DNA of 64,000 nt from contig CAWGYD010000006.1 in assembly GCA_963826785.1 (NCBI GenBank), positions 928,001 through 992,000 of the forward strand. Direction: 5' to 3'. Positions 10,230 to 22,923 of this stretch are shown here, piece by piece (position 1 is the stretch's first letter; each line of letters starts with the position of its first letter). Position numbers and translations under genes: made by a program. The notes beneath the pieces are model-generated. The model saw only the letters and a list, made by a program, of their open reading frames with translations. It did no database searches and had not been told where the DNA came from. Source of the DNA: an uncultured delta proteobacterium. GTDB lineage: Bacteria > Desulfobacterota > Desulfobacteria > Desulfobacterales > Desulfosalsimonadaceae.

Positions 10230-11864
<1,635 letters not shown>

Positions 11865-11885
11865 GATAAAACGGATCGGTTGATT

Positions 11886-12959
11886 TCAGGAGTCGCTTTC
11901 GAACTCGTCCACTGCCCTGAGCAGTTCCTCCACCAGCCGGTCCTCGGGGAATTTTTTGATGACCTTGCCTTTTTTAAACAGGATGCCGGTGCCGTCTCCG
12001 CCCGCGATGCCCACGTCCGCTTCCTTTGCTTCGCCGGGGCCGTTGACCACACATCCCATGACCGCCACCTTGATATCGGTGGTGCGGGTCATCAAGGCTG
12101 TTTCAACAGCCTGGGCGATGGAAAACAGGTCGATGTTGGTCCGGCCGCAGGTGGGGCAGGAGATGATTTCGGGCCCTCTGCGGCGAATCCCCAGCGCCCG
12201 CAGGATTTCGTAGCCCACCCGGACTTCCTCCACCGGGTCCCGGGTGAGCGATACCCGAAGCGTATCGCCGATGCCCTCGGCCAGGAGCATGCCGATGCCC
12301 AGGGCGGATTTGACGATGCCCGTATAAAGGCCCCCGGCTTCGGTCACGCCCACGTGCAGGGGAAAATCGGTCCTGGCCGACAGGAGCCGGTAGGCCGTTA
12401 CCGTCTTTAAAACGTCGGCGGACTTGATGGCCAATTTGAAATGATCGAAATCAAGATTTTTCATCAACTCGATCTGGCGAAGGGCGCTTTCCACCAGCGC
12501 CTCGGCGGTGGGGCCGCTGTGGGCCTTTATGAGGTCCTTTTCCAGTGAACCGGCGTTGACCCCGATGCGGATGGGAATTGAGCGGTCTTTGGCCGCCTGG
12601 ACCACGGCCCTGATTTTTTCATGCCCCCCGATGTTTCCCGGGTTGATCCGCAGCCCGTCCGCACCGGCCGCGGCCGCGGCCAGGGCCAGCCGGTAATCGA
12701 AATGAATGTCTGCAATCAGGGGAATGGCAATCTGTTTTTTGATGCCGGAGATGGCTTCGGCGGCTTCCACGTCCGGGACCGCCACCCGGACAATCTCGCA
12801 GCCGGCGGCCTGGAGGCGCTGGATCTGGGCAACCGTGGCGCCGATATCCTGGGTATGGGTGTTGGTCATACTCTGCACCGCAATGGGGGCGTTGCCCCCG
12901 ATGGGGACATTTCCGACATGGATGCGGCGTGTTTTTTTGCGGTTTATCTCAAAGGGCAT
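11886..12959 (-). CDS. ispG: 4-hydroxy-3-methylbut-2-en-1-yl diphosphate synthase
   Basis: VQSMTNT, ADIHF, RINPGNIG, RIGVNAGSL, SCPTCGR, MGCVVNGPGEA; probable start MPFEI. Confidence 0.96.
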   Translation of the reverse strand: MPFEINRKKTRRIHVGNVPIGGNAPIAVQSMTNTHTQDIGATVAQIQRLQAAGCEIVRVAVPDVEAAEAISGIKKQIAIPLIADIHFDYRLALAAAAAGADGLRINPGNIGGHEKIRAVVQAAKDRSIPIRIGVNAGSLEKDLIKAHSGPTAEALVESALRQIELMKNLDFDHFKLAIKSADVLKTVTAYRLLSARTDFPLHVGVTEAGGLYTGIVKSALGIGMLLAEGIGDTLRVSLTRDPVEEVRVGYEILRALGIRRRGPEIISCPTCGRTNIDLFSIAQAVETALMTRTTDIKVAVMGCVVNGPGEAKEADVGIAGGDGTGILFKKGKVIKKFPEDRLVEELLRAVDEFESDS

Positions 12960-13280
12960 GGTTCGAATCGATTCTGTTTTACCAGTATAATACCCATTTT
13001 TCCTGATGAGTCGCAACTGCGGTAAAAAGAGGCGATTTTTTACCGTAAAGGACAGCTCTTGCCTGGCGCGGAAATGATCGGCCCGATTCTCAACATGGTT
13101 CAAAGGGCCTGATTCTTCGCCTGTAGAGAAAAATAACTATCAAAGCGGACATGAAGATTCAAGTGAAATAAGCGGGTTTCAGCGCAGGCGGATTTTCGAT
13201 TGCCTGTTGCCTTGACGGGATATCGCTTCTATACTTTTTAAAAAACAATCGGAAAAACGCAAGAAGACGGGAGGTCGTTG

Positions 13281-13706
13281 ATGAGCTTTGGGGAAAAAAT
13301 CGGAGAACAGGGCATATCTGGTGGTGTGGATCCCCGGATTCGGCAGGAACTGGAGAAACATATCAGGGACGGAAAGCTGAGCTGCGCGAGTGCATTTGCA
13401 GCCGCGCAGGCATTGAATCTCCCCCCCGCTGAAATCGGAAAAAGCGCGGATGCAATGAAGGTGAAGCTGGTTAAATGCCAGCTGGGGCTCTATGGGTACG
13501 CTCCGGAAAAGAAGATCGTCAAGCCGGCCGATACAATTGATCCGGAAATGGAAGCGGCCGTGCGGGCCGGCCTTGAAAACGGGTACCTGCCATGTGCCGC
13601 CGCCTGGAAGATCGCCGAACAGTTCAATGTTCGGAAAATGGCCGTCAGCGCGGCCTGCGAGGCGCTTTCAATAAAGATCAAGCCGTGCCAGTTGGGGGCT
13701 TTTTAG
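13281..13706 (+). CDS. Conserved hypothetical protein with two tandem Cys-containing repeats
   Basis: SD GGAGG; duplicated unit G.L.C..A...A...CQLG(L/A)(Y/F). Confidence 0.75.
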   Translation: MSFGEKIGEQGISGGVDPRIRQELEKHIRDGKLSCASAFAAAQALNLPPAEIGKSADAMKVKLVKCQLGLYGYAPEKKIVKPADTIDPEMEAAVRAGLENGYLPCAAAWKIAEQFNVRKMAVSAACEALSIKIKPCQLGAF

Positions 13707-14329
13707 GCAAAGTGGAGGAACGGATTGAACCGCTTCTCCTGGCCGATGGAGGTGGCCGGGCCATGGCCGGTATAGACCTTTACGGCATCTCCCAGGGTGA
13801 ACAGCCGGTTTTTGATGCTTGAGATCAGGGTCTCGAAATCCCCTCCCGGAAAATCGGTGCGGCCGATGGAACCGGCGAAGAGGGAATCCCCCACGAATAC
13901 CACGTCATCGGTATGGAAGGCCACGCCTCCCGGTGAATGCCCGGGGGTGTGGATGACCTTTAAGGTGATCTCGCCGAAGGTGATTTCATCCCCGTCATTT
14001 AACATCTGGTCGGCGGGGGGAGAGTTTTCCACCGCCAGCCCGAAGGCCGCGCCGGCATGGGTTAAAGATTTGAGCATAGGGGCATCCTCTGTGTGGATCA
14101 GGATGGGAGCGCCGGTAACTTCCTTCATGCGGCGGTTTGCCCCCACATGATCGAAATGCCCATGTGTGTTCAAGATGTATTTTACGGTCAGTTTCGATTC
14201 CGCCAGGGATTTTAATATCCGTTCCGCATCGTCCCCCGGGTCGATGACCGCGGCAAGCCTGGTTTTTTCACAACCCAGGATGTAGCAGTTGGCCATGATC
14301 GGTCCGACGGCAAGTTCCTTGATGATCAC
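13703..14329 (-). CDS. MBL-fold metallo-hydrolase (glyoxalase II-like)
   Basis: THGHFDH, HTPGHS, GDSLF..SIGRTD, GHG. Confidence 0.92.
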   Translation of the reverse strand: MIIKELAVGPIMANCYILGCEKTRLAAVIDPGDDAERILKSLAESKLTVKYILNTHGHFDHVGANRRMKEVTGAPILIHTEDAPMLKSLTHAGAAFGLAVENSPPADQMLNDGDEITFGEITLKVIHTPGHSPGGVAFHTDDVVFVGDSLFAGSIGRTDFPGGDFETLISSIKNRLFTLGDAVKVYTGHGPATSIGQEKRFNPFLHFA

Positions 14330-14344
14330 AGTATTCTCCGTCTT

Positions 14345-14620
14345 TTAATCTCTATTGTTTTTTGCCTGCTGGGCAAGTTCGATGATGCTCAATACCTTGT
14401 TCCGGGGCGGTGCTGCCGCACGGGCCATTAGCGCCGCAAACTGATCCGCCGCCAGATGCCCGCGGAGATAGGCTTCCACATCAAAAAGTTCCCACCAGCA
14501 GTCGAGTACTTTCCAGCAGGGATCATCGTTGTCCCCGCTGATCAGGCAGTACTCAAAGGTAATGGCGCTGCCCAGACGGGGGCAGCGCCGCTCTTTTTTC
14601 GTGCAATCCGTATCGATCAT
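14345..14620 (-). CDS. Small Cys-rich conserved hypothetical protein
   Basis: CPRLG..FEYC..PCWKVLDCW; ATG overlaps the trpB2 stop (TAATG). Confidence 0.7.
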   Translation of the reverse strand: MIDTDCTKKERRCPRLGSAITFEYCLISGDNDDPCWKVLDCWWELFDVEAYLRGHLAADQFAALMARAAAPPRNKVLSIIELAQQAKNNRD

Positions 14621-15999
14621 TATTTGGTGCTCTTGAGATCCTGGGGCTTCGGGTGGTTGGCAAAAACCGCTTCGGACTTGGCGATTTCTTCTTCGGAAAG
14701 ATCGATGTCCTTGATCTGGCCGGCCAGGTAGCTTTCATAGGCGGTCAGGTCGAGCAGCCCGTGGCCGCTCCAGTTGAACAGGATCACCTTTTCTTTGCCT
14801 TCTTCTCTTGCCTTGTTGGCCTCTTCGATCACCGCGGCCAGGGCATGGGTGGTTTCGGGGGCCGGAATGATCCCTTCGGTGCGGGCCAGCAGGATGCCGG
14901 CTTCGAAGCACTTGCTCTGCCGGACCGATCGGGGGGTCAGGATCCCTTCGTTCACCAGCTGGCTGACGATGGGGGCCATGCCGTGGTACCGCAGACCGCC
15001 GGAATGGAAGGGCGGCGGCACAAAGGCGTGCCCCAGGCTGTGCATGGGCAGCAGCGGGGTGTACTTGGCCGTATCCCCGTGATCGTAGACAAACGGCGCC
15101 TTGGTCAGGGTGGGGCACCCGGCCGGCTCCACCGGATAGATTTCGATCTGCTTGCCGTGGATCTTGTCGTAGACATAGGGCAGCGCAAGGCCGGCAAAGT
15201 TGCTGCCGCCGCCGGCGCAGCCGATGACGATGTCGGGGTATTCCCCCACTTTTTCCATCTGTTTTTTGGCTTCCAGGCCGATAATGGTCTGGTGCAGCAG
15301 CACGTGGTTCAAGACGCTGCCCAAAGAATACCGGGTCTGCCCGCTTTCATCGGTGACCGCCGCCTCGATGGCTTCGCTGATGGCGATGCCCAGGCTCCCC
15401 GGGGTGTCGGGATCCCGCTCCAGGGCTTCCCGGCCGGCCTTGGTTTCGGGGCTGGGGCTGGGGACGCATTTGGCGCCCCAGGTTTCCATCATGGATTTGC
15501 GATAGGGTTTCTGGGTGAAGGAGATCCGGACCATGAACACCTTGCACTCAATGCCGAACTGGGCGCAGGCAAAGGCCAGCGCGCTTCCCCACTGGCCGGC
15601 GCCGGTTTCGGTGGTGATCCGTTTGATGCCGAATTCCTTGTTGTAATAGGCCTGGGGAACGGCGGTATTGGGCTTGTGGCTCCCCGGGGGGCTGACGCTT
15701 TCATTCTTGAAATAAATCCGGGCGGGGGTGTTCAGGGCTTTTTCCAATTTGAGGGCCCGGACCAGGGGCGCGGGGCGCCAGATATTCAACACGTTCAATA
15801 CCGGTTCCGGAATGTCGATCCATCTTTTGGTGGAAACTTCCTGCTCGATGAGATTCATGGGGAAAACCGGTGCCAGCTGATCCGGACTGACCGGCTGTCC
15901 ATCCGGGCCCAGCGGAGGATTCATGGCGATGTCGGCAAGCACATTGTACCACTGCCGGGGGATTTCATCCTCTCTCAACACGATTTTTCTGTTTTCCAT
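14620..15999 (-). CDS. trpB2: TrpB-like PLP enzyme (tryptophan synthase beta, TrpB2 type)
   Basis: GSHKPNTA (PLP Lys), [31 protein letters not shown]; no trpA adjacent. Confidence 0.93.
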   Translation of the reverse strand: MENRKIVLREDEIPRQWYNVLADIAMNPPLGPDGQPVSPDQLAPVFPMNLIEQEVSTKRWIDIPEPVLNVLNIWRPAPLVRALKLEKALNTPARIYFKNESVSPPGSHKPNTAVPQAYYNKEFGIKRITTETGAGQWGSALAFACAQFGIECKVFMVRISFTQKPYRKSMMETWGAKCVPSPSPETKAGREALERDPDTPGSLGIAISEAIEAAVTDESGQTRYSLGSVLNHVLLHQTIIGLEAKKQMEKVGEYPDIVIGCAGGGSNFAGLALPYVYDKIHGKQIEIYPVEPAGCPTLTKAPFVYDHGDTAKYTPLLPMHSLGHAFVPPPFHSGGLRYHGMAPIVSQLVNEGILTPRSVRQSKCFEAGILLARTEGIIPAPETTHALAAVIEEANKAREEGKEKVILFNWSGHGLLDLTAYESYLAGQIKDIDLSEEEIAKSEAVFANHPKPQDLKSTK

Positions 16000-16061
16000 G
16001 ATGTTCTCCTTGTCTTCTTTTTCGCGAATTGACGGGCGAGGGTTTGAATGTAAATGCTTTT

Positions 16062-16499
16062 TTAGACCTGTTTGCCGGTTTTCATGATGTAATTCTGAAA
16101 TATGGAATCGAGAATTCCGTTGATGAAAGAGGTGGATTCTTCGGTCCCGAAACGCTTGCTGACCTCAATGGCTTCGTTGATGGACACCTTGGCCGGAATA
16201 TCGGGTATTTCCATCATTTCGTATACGCAGAGCCGGATAATGTTGCGATCCACGATGGACATGCGGTGGATCTTCCAGTTGCTGGAGTATTTCAGGACGA
16301 TGCGGTCGATTTCAATTTTCCGGGCGAGAACGCCATCCACCAATCCCCGGCAGAAGGGGCGGATCACGGTCGGCGCGCTCAGGAAATCAAACAGCCGATC
16401 CATTTGGGCATCGTCATGATTTTCCAGCATATCCATGGAGTATAAGATTTGCAGGGCCAGTTCCCGTGCCTGCCGTCTGCTGCCGTGCCTGCTGCTCAT
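16062..16499 (-). CDS. nusB: Transcription antitermination factor NusB
   Basis: [29 protein letters not shown]. Confidence 0.96.
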   Translation of the reverse strand: MSSRHGSRRQARELALQILYSMDMLENHDDAQMDRLFDFLSAPTVIRPFCRGLVDGVLARKIEIDRIVLKYSSNWKIHRMSIVDRNIIRLCVYEMMEIPDIPAKVSINEAIEVSKRFGTEESTSFINGILDSIFQNYIMKTGKQV

Positions 16500-16509
16500 A
16501 GAAAAAAGA

Positions 16510-16983
16510 TTACCGGTTGCCCAAGGTGGTGACCAGGTCGGCCATCTCCAGCGCAGTGATCGCCGCGCTCCACCCTTTGTTTCCCGCCTTGGTGCCGGCG
16601 CGCTCGATGGCCTGTTCGATGGTGTCGGTGGTCACCACCCCGAAGATGATCGGGACTTCGGTTTCAAGGCCCACGGCAGCGATGCCCTTGGACACTTCGG
16701 CGCTGACATAGTCGAAATGCGGGGTCGCCCCCCGGATGACGGCCCCGAGGCAGATCACCGCATCATGGGCTTTCTTGACGGCCACCTTCTTGGCAATCAG
16801 GGGAATTTCAAATGCTCCCGGTACCTTGATGACTTCGATGTCATCATCTTTCACCCCGCTCCGGACCAGGGCATCCACAGCGCCGGACAGGAGTTTGTCC
16901 GAAATAAAGTCGTTGAACCGGCTGACAATAAGGGCAAAACGTTTGCCCTCGCCGGTCAGGTTTCCCTCAATGATTTTCGGCAT
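16510..16983 (-). CDS. ribH: 6,7-dimethyl-8-ribityllumazine synthase
   Basis: [33 protein letters not shown]. Confidence 0.97.
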   Translation of the reverse strand: MPKIIEGNLTGEGKRFALIVSRFNDFISDKLLSGAVDALVRSGVKDDDIEVIKVPGAFEIPLIAKKVAVKKAHDAVICLGAVIRGATPHFDYVSAEVSKGIAAVGLETEVPIIFGVVTTDTIEQAIERAGTKAGNKGWSAAITALEMADLVTTLGNR

Positions 16984-17021
16984 CTGATCCATCCTTTATT
17001 AAGAGAGTTGTATGGACTGAT

Positions 17022-18236
17022 TCAAGGAGTCGTATTGACATTGAGAAAATGGCCCATCTTGAGCTGCTTGCATTCCAGGTAACACCGGTTGTGGTCGTTG
17101 GGCTCGATCTGAATGGGGACCTGTTCCACCACGCTCAGCCCGTACCCTTCCAGGCCGACAATCTTCTTGGGGTTGTTGGTGATCAGCCGCATTCTCTTCA
17201 CCCCCAGATCGCGCAGTACCTGGGCGCCGATGCCGTAGTCTCGCAGATCGGCTTTAAATCCCAGCTTTTCGTTGGCCTCCACCGTGTCATATCCCTGGTC
17301 CTGAAGTACGTATGCCTTGAGCTTGTTCACCAGTCCGATGCCGCGCCCTTCCTGGCGGACATAGAGGAGCACGCCGCTGCCTTCCTGGTCCATCATGGAC
17401 ATGGCCTTGTGGAGCTGATCCCCGCAGTCGCACCGGAGAGAGCCGAAAATGTCGCCGGTGAGGCATTCCGAATGGACCCGCACCAGGGTCGCTTTTTCCG
17501 GATCGATGGTCCCCTTCACCAGTGCGATATGCTGCAGGTCCTCCATGTCGTTCTCATAAACGATGACCCTGAAATTCCCCGCGTACGAGGTGGGAATGGT
17601 GGCTTCCACGGCCTTGTGGACAAACGATTCAGTACGCATCCGGTATTCGATCAGATCGGCAATGGTGCAGATGCCGATGCCGTGTTCATCACTGAATTTT
17701 TCCAGGGCGGGCATGCGGGCCATGGACCCGTCGTCATCCATGATTTCGCAGATCACCCCGGCGGGTTTGAGTCCCGCCAGACGGGACAGGTCCACCGACC
17801 CCTCGGTCTGTCCGGATCGGACGATCACGCCGCCCCGGCGGGCCCGCAAGGGGAATATGTGGCCCGGCCGGACCAGGTCGTCTGGTTTCGCATTATCGGC
17901 AATGGCGGTCTGGATGGTCTTGGACCGGTCCGCGGCGGAAATGCCGGTGGTCACACCGTGCCGCGCTTCCACGGATACGGTGAACCCCGTCTCAAACCGG
18001 GAGGTATTGTTTCGGACCATCATGGGAAGATCGAGCTGCTCAACCCGGTCCGGGGTCAGCGACAGGCAGATCAGGCCCCGGCCGAACTTGGCCATGAAAT
18101 TGATGGCTTCCGGGGTGACCGCTTCGGCCGCCATGGTCAGGTCTCCCTCGTTTTCCCGATCCTCGTCATCGACCAGGATCACCATCCGGCCGGCCTTGAT
18201 CTCGGCAATGGCCTGTTCAGTGGTTAAATGTGACAT
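17022..18236 (-). CDS. ribBA: Bifunctional DHBP synthase/GTP cyclohydrolase II
   Basis: [28 protein letters not shown]...RCDCG, QEGRGIG. Confidence 0.97.
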   Translation of the reverse strand: MSHLTTEQAIAEIKAGRMVILVDDEDRENEGDLTMAAEAVTPEAINFMAKFGRGLICLSLTPDRVEQLDLPMMVRNNTSRFETGFTVSVEARHGVTTGISAADRSKTIQTAIADNAKPDDLVRPGHIFPLRARRGGVIVRSGQTEGSVDLSRLAGLKPAGVICEIMDDDGSMARMPALEKFSDEHGIGICTIADLIEYRMRTESFVHKAVEATIPTSYAGNFRVIVYENDMEDLQHIALVKGTIDPEKATLVRVHSECLTGDIFGSLRCDCGDQLHKAMSMMDQEGSGVLLYVRQEGRGIGLVNKLKAYVLQDQGYDTVEANEKLGFKADLRDYGIGAQVLRDLGVKRMRLITNNPKKIVGLEGYGLSVVEQVPIQIEPNDHNRCYLECKQLKMGHFLNVNTTP

Positions 18237-18266
18237 GTGTTATTGCTCCTGATGACTCATAAAATA

Positions 18267-18929
18267 TTAAAGAAACCCCGTCTTGTGTAAAAAATTCATA
18301 TCGACCCTGCCCTGATCATCCGCCGGGCTTTGGGTCCGGTTTTGGCCCCGCAGAAAATTCTCCACGTATTTGCCGATCATGTCGGTTTCGATATTGACCC
18401 GGTCCCCCACGGATTTGATCCCGATGGTGGTGATTCTGGCCGTGTGGGGAATCACGCTCACCTCGAAGGCGGCCTGGCCGCAATGGTTTATAGTCAGGCT
18501 GATGCCGTCGACGGCCACCGAGCCCTTGGGAATCAGGTGCCGGGCCAGTTTTCCATCCACTGAAAATCCCACCCGGATGGCATTGGCCTGGGATGTCTTG
18601 TAGGTGATCTGTCCCGTGCCGTCGATATGGCCGGAAACCAGATGGCCATCCAGCCGGTCGGAAAGTTTCATGGCCCGCTCGATATTGACACGGTCTCCGG
18701 GCCGGGCGTCTTTCAGGATGGTTTTTTCCACCGTCTCCGGGGAGACATCCACTTCAAACCGGTCGCCCGAGAGCGACACCGCTGTCAGGCAGGCGCCGTT
18801 GACGGCGATGCTGTCTCCGATCTTCGATCCGGACAGGTCGAAATCGGCGATCAGCGCAATCCGCATTCCTTCTCCCGCCGGCCGGATGCCGGTGATGGTC
18901 CCGAACCCTTCGATGATTCCCGTAAACAT
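18267..18929 (-). CDS. ribE: Riboflavin synthase alpha chain
   Basis: MFTGIIE, GDSIAVNGACLT, GHLVSGHID, GSVAVDGISLT. Confidence 0.97.
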   Translation of the reverse strand: MFTGIIEGFGTITGIRPAGEGMRIALIADFDLSGSKIGDSIAVNGACLTAVSLSGDRFEVDVSPETVEKTILKDARPGDRVNIERAMKLSDRLDGHLVSGHIDGTGQITYKTSQANAIRVGFSVDGKLARHLIPKGSVAVDGISLTINHCGQAAFEVSVIPHTARITTIGIKSVGDRVNIETDMIGKYVENFLRGQNRTQSPADDQGRVDMNFLHKTGFL

Positions 18930-18953
18930 TTTTCTGCCTGATCAATACATGTA

Positions 18954-20057
18954 TCAATACATGTGATGAAGGTATCCCTCCACCAGGATATCTTCATCGA
19001 ATCGTTTCACGACCATGTCCGTTACCGGAATGCTGCCGGCCATCAAATCCGGCCCCGGGCCTGCGCACATGGGCACCCCGTCATCTCCCCCCAGTATTTT
19101 GGGCGCGTAGAAAAAACAGATCTTGTCCACGATACCGGACTTCAATGCGGATGCGGCCACCCGAGCCCCCCCTTCGATGAGCAGGCTGGTGATGCCTCTT
19201 TCCCCCAGTCTGGCCATCAGGTCGTCAAGGTCGATGCCACGATCCGCAAGCCTGGCCTCTATGATGGTAATACCCTGTTTTTCAAGAAGATATTTTTTCT
19301 CCGGCGCCGCTGAGGGACCCGAAACCAACACCGTATCAGATGCGGGTTCAATCTTCAACAGTTTCGCATGTTCCGGCATGGATAAATTCGTATCCAGGAT
19401 AATCCGTTTGGGGTTGACGCCGGTCTTATCCGTCAGCCGGGCGGTCAGGCTGGGATTATCGGCCAAAACCGTGGCCACCCCCACCATGATGGCATCGGAT
19501 GCGTGGCGCAGCTCATGAACATACCCCCGGGCCGCTTCTCCGGTCACCCAGCGGGAATCGCCGGTGCGCGTGGCGATGCGTCCGTCCAGGGTCGCCGCCA
19601 TTTTGAGCGTCACAAACGGCCGCTTGGTCTTTACGTACTTGATGAAACTTTCATTTTGCCGCCGGGCCCGGTTTTCGCCGATGCCTATAATAACCTCGAT
19701 ACCGGATTTCTCAAGGTGGGCCGCACCGTTTCCCGCCACATCCGGGTTGGGATCGGCCATGGCCGCCACCACCCGGGAAATGCCCGAGTCGAGGATCTTC
19801 TGCGTGCAGGGCGGCGTGCGGCCGAAGTGATTGCAGGGCTCCAGGGTCACATAGAGGGTCGCCCCCCCGGCCAGTGCTCCGGCCTCATCGAGTGCATGGA
19901 CTTCCGCGTGGGGACCTCCCGCCGCCTGATGCCATCCCCGGCCCACGATCCGGCCGTCCTTGACCACCACCGCCCCCACCACGGGGTTGGGCGAGGTGTA
20001 CCCCCGCCCCTGTTCCGCCAGGGCCAGGGCCAGGGCCATGTATTCTTCATCGGTCAT
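18954..20057 (-). CDS. ribD: Bifunctional deaminase/reductase RibD
   Basis: PNPVVG, HAE, TLEPCNH...PPC, IEGG. Confidence 0.97.
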   Translation of the reverse strand: MTDEEYMALALALAEQGRGYTSPNPVVGAVVVKDGRIVGRGWHQAAGGPHAEVHALDEAGALAGGATLYVTLEPCNHFGRTPPCTQKILDSGISRVVAAMADPNPDVAGNGAAHLEKSGIEVIIGIGENRARRQNESFIKYVKTKRPFVTLKMAATLDGRIATRTGDSRWVTGEAARGYVHELRHASDAIMVGVATVLADNPSLTARLTDKTGVNPKRIILDTNLSMPEHAKLLKIEPASDTVLVSGPSAAPEKKYLLEKQGITIIEARLADRGIDLDDLMARLGERGITSLLIEGGARVAASALKSGIVDKICFFYAPKILGGDDGVPMCAGPGPDLMAGSIPVTDMVVKRFDEDILVEGYLHHMY

Positions 20058-20062
20058 CCGCT

Positions 20063-20530
20063 TTACGATTCCGTACGGGTCTGGGTCAGCAGGGTTTTGA
20101 GTTCGGTGACAAAATCGTTGACGTCCTTGAAATCCCGGTAGACAGACGCAAACCGGACATAGGCCACGGTATCGAGATCATGCAGCCGGGCCATGATCTT
20201 TTCGCCGATCACCGAGGAGGGAATTTCCTTTTCGTCCGATTCCCGCAGATCCCGTTCCAGTTCCTCAATGAAGGACTCGATCAGGTTCATGCTGATTTCA
20301 CGCTTTTGACAAGCCCTCTGGAGCCCCGAGCGGACCTTGTCGCGGCTGAATACCTCCCGCCGCCTGTCCTTTTTGATGATCATGAGCGGAATTTCTTCGA
20401 TGTACTCATAGGTGGTGAAGCGCCGGTCGCAGGAGATGCATTCCCGCCGCCGCCGGATGGCGTTTCCGTCCTTGCTGAGCCTCGAATCAATGACCTTGTT
20501 GTTGTTTTCCCTGCAATAGGGGCATTTCAT
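20063..20530 (-). CDS. nrdR: Transcriptional repressor NrdR
   Basis: MKCPYC, RRRREC, RFTTYE, ATP cone, AYVRFASVY. Confidence 0.97.
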   Translation of the reverse strand: MKCPYCRENNNKVIDSRLSKDGNAIRRRRECISCDRRFTTYEYIEEIPLMIIKKDRRREVFSRDKVRSGLQRACQKREISMNLIESFIEELERDLRESDEKEIPSSVIGEKIMARLHDLDTVAYVRFASVYRDFKDVNDFVTELKTLLTQTRTES

Positions 20531-20560
20531 GACCCGTCCTCCCTTGGTTCGGTGAGTCCG

Positions 20561-21049
20561 TCAGTTTGAAGCGGCGGGGGGTGTGTCCATCTGAACGACC
20601 TCGATGTTCGCCTCCCGGAGCATGTCCGTCGAAAGGTCATCCGCATAGCCTTCCCGGTAATAGATCCGGGTGATGCCGGCGTTGATGATCATCTTGGTGC
20701 AGATGGAGCAGGGCAGGTTGGTGCAGTAGAGGACCCCTCCCCGGATGGGGACGCCGTGGTATGCCGCCTGGATGATGGCGTTTTGTTCCGCGTGGATGCC
20801 CCGGCAGAGTTCGTGACGCTGGCCGGAAGCGATCTTCATGGTTTCCCTCAGGCAGCCGACCTCCCCGCAGTGGCGAAGCCCGCTGGGGGCGCCGTTGTAT
20901 CCGGTGGCCAGCAGCCGCTTGTCTTTGACAATGACCGCGCCCACGGCGCGCCGGGTGCAGGTGGAGCGCTTGGCCACCAGGCAGGCGATGTCCATGAAAT
21001 ATTCGTTCCAGCTGGGCCTGGCATCTGCTTTCATCGTTGGGCCTTTCAT
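20561..21049 (-). CDS. Deoxycytidylate deaminase family protein (ComEB-like)
   Basis: RSTC, TGYNG, HAEQNA, PCSIC. Confidence 0.9.
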   Translation of the reverse strand: MKGPTMKADARPSWNEYFMDIACLVAKRSTCTRRAVGAVIVKDKRLLATGYNGAPSGLRHCGEVGCLRETMKIASGQRHELCRGIHAEQNAIIQAAYHGVPIRGGVLYCTNLPCSICTKMIINAGITRIYYREGYADDLSTDMLREANIEVVQMDTPPAASN

Positions 21050-21169
21050 GATCGGAAATGCGGGGAAATTGGCGAGAAATTGAGACGTTTTAAAGGGCCA
21101 TCCTTTTCGGCGGTCAATTTTTCGGGCGTTTAAAAAAATTGCGAATGGCCGGTTGCCAATTGTGAATCG

Positions 21170-22432
21170 TCAATTATCCTTCGAATTATCCTGTGCATAG
21201 AGGGGAAAATCCGCACACAGCCGGGCCACTTCCCTGCGGGCGCCGGCAATGCGGTTTTCTTCGGCCGGATGTTTGAGAACGTCGACGATCAGTTCTCCGA
21301 TCCGCTCCATCTCGGCTTCCTTCATTCCCCGGGTGGTTACCGCCGGGGTGCCGATGCGGATGCCGCTGGTGACAAACGGGCTCCGGGTTTCAAAGGGAAC
21401 GGTGTTCTTGTTCACCGTGATTCCCGCCTGCTCCAGATTTTTTTCCGCATCTTTTCCGGTGATGTCCAGGCGGGTCAGATCCGCCAGCATCATGTGATTG
21501 TCGGTTCCGCCGGAAACCAGTTCAATCCCGTTTCGGATCAGGCAGTTCGCCAGGACCGAAGCGTTTTTCACCACCTGGCGCTGATACTGCTTGAAATTCT
21601 CCGACAGGGCCAGCTTGAAGGCCACGGCCTTGGCGGCGATCACGTGCATGAGCGGACCGCCCTGGATTCCCGGAAAGATTTCCTTGTTCAATTTCGGGCC
21701 CAGATCCGATCCGGCCAGGATCAGTCCGCCCCGGGGACCCCGCAGGGTCTTGTGGGTGGTGGAGGTGACCACATCCGCATACGGCACGGGAGAAGGGTGG
21801 ACGCCACCGGCCACCAGGCCGGCGATATGGGCCATGTCCACCATCAGGTAGGCCCCCACGGACCGGGCTATGTCGGCAAATGCTTCAAAATCGATGATCC
21901 GGGGATAGGCGGAAGCGCCGGCCACGATCATCTTGGGCCGGTGCTGCTCGGCTAACTGTTTAAGCCGGTCATAGTCGATGGTGCCGGTTTCCCGGCCCAC
22001 CCCGTAATGGATGAAGTTGTACAGCCGCCCGGAGAAACTGGCCGCAGCGCCGTGGGTCAGGTGTCCGCCATGGGAGAGGTCCATACCCAGGATGGTATCC
22101 CCGGGATTGAGCAGGGCGAAATAGACGGCCATGTTGGCCTGGGACCCCGAATGGGGCTGCACGTTGGCATATTGGGCGCCAAACAGCTGCTTGGCCCGGT
22201 CGATGGCTTTCTGTTCGGCGACATCCACGTACTCGCAGCCGCCATAATACCGTTTGCCGGGGTAGCCTTCGGCGTACTTGTTGGTCATTACGCTGGCCTG
22301 GGCCGCCATGACGGCCGGTCCCGCGATATTTTCAGATGCGATCAGCTCCAGGGTGGTGTTCTGCCGGTCGAGCTCCCTGGAAATGGCATCGGCGATTTCC
22401 GGATCCACTTTTTTGATAATTTCTAAATCCAA
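21170..22432 (-). CDS. glyA: Serine hydroxymethyltransferase
   Basis: [31 protein letters not shown]; probable TTG start at 22432 behind AAGGAG. Confidence 0.97.
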   Translation of the reverse strand: MDLEIIKKVDPEIADAISRELDRQNTTLELIASENIAGPAVMAAQASVMTNKYAEGYPGKRYYGGCEYVDVAEQKAIDRAKQLFGAQYANVQPHSGSQANMAVYFALLNPGDTILGMDLSHGGHLTHGAAASFSGRLYNFIHYGVGRETGTIDYDRLKQLAEQHRPKMIVAGASAYPRIIDFEAFADIARSVGAYLMVDMAHIAGLVAGGVHPSPVPYADVVTSTTHKTLRGPRGGLILAGSDLGPKLNKEIFPGIQGGPLMHVIAAKAVAFKLALSENFKQYQRQVVKNASVLANCLIRNGIELVSGGTDNHMMLADLTRLDITGKDAEKNLEQAGITVNKNTVPFETRSPFVTSGIRIGTPAVTTRGMKEAEMERIGELIVDVLKHPAEENRIAGARREVARLCADFPLYAQDNSKDN

Positions 22433-22466
22433 GCATTTGCTCCTTGTTTCTTTGTCCGGCGGATGT

Positions 22467-22913
22467 TTATGCGATCTGATCGAATTTGGCAATCCGCTGT
22501 TCGTGCCGGCCGCCTTCAAAGGGGGTGGAAAGCCAGACCCGGGTGATCTCCCTGGCCAGCTCCGTGCCGATGACCCGGCCTCCCATCACCAGGATGTTGG
22601 CATCGTTGTGCCGCCGGCTCATGATGGCGCAAAACAGGTCGTTGCACAACGCCGCGCGCACGCCGGTGAACCGGTTGGCCACCATGGACATGCCCAGGCC
22701 CGTACCGCAGATGAGAATTCCTTTTTCATAATCTCCTGACGCAATTTTCCGGGCCACGGCAATACCGAAATCGGAATAATCCACCGAGCTTTCATTGTCG
22801 GTGCCGCAGTCGACCACCTGGCAGCCGAGTTCCTTCGCCAGGTCGGCGATAACGGTTTTCAAGGCATATCCGGCATGATCGGAACCGATCAGCAGAGTCG
22901 ATTGTTTTTCCAT
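22467..22913 (-). CDS. rpiB: Ribose-5-phosphate isomerase B
   Basis: SDHAG, CGTGLG, HNDAN, FEGGRH. Confidence 0.95.
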   Translation of the reverse strand: MEKQSTLLIGSDHAGYALKTVIADLAKELGCQVVDCGTDNESSVDYSDFGIAVARKIASGDYEKGILICGTGLGMSMVANRFTGVRAALCNDLFCAIMSRRHNDANILVMGGRVIGTELAREITRVWLSTPFEGGRHEQRIAKFDQIA

Positions 22914-22923
22914 GGGCAATCCA

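Noticed and set aside
20058..21169. FMN riboswitch for the rib genes
   Set aside because: No RFN signature; the rib genes are embedded in a long operon with short spacers.
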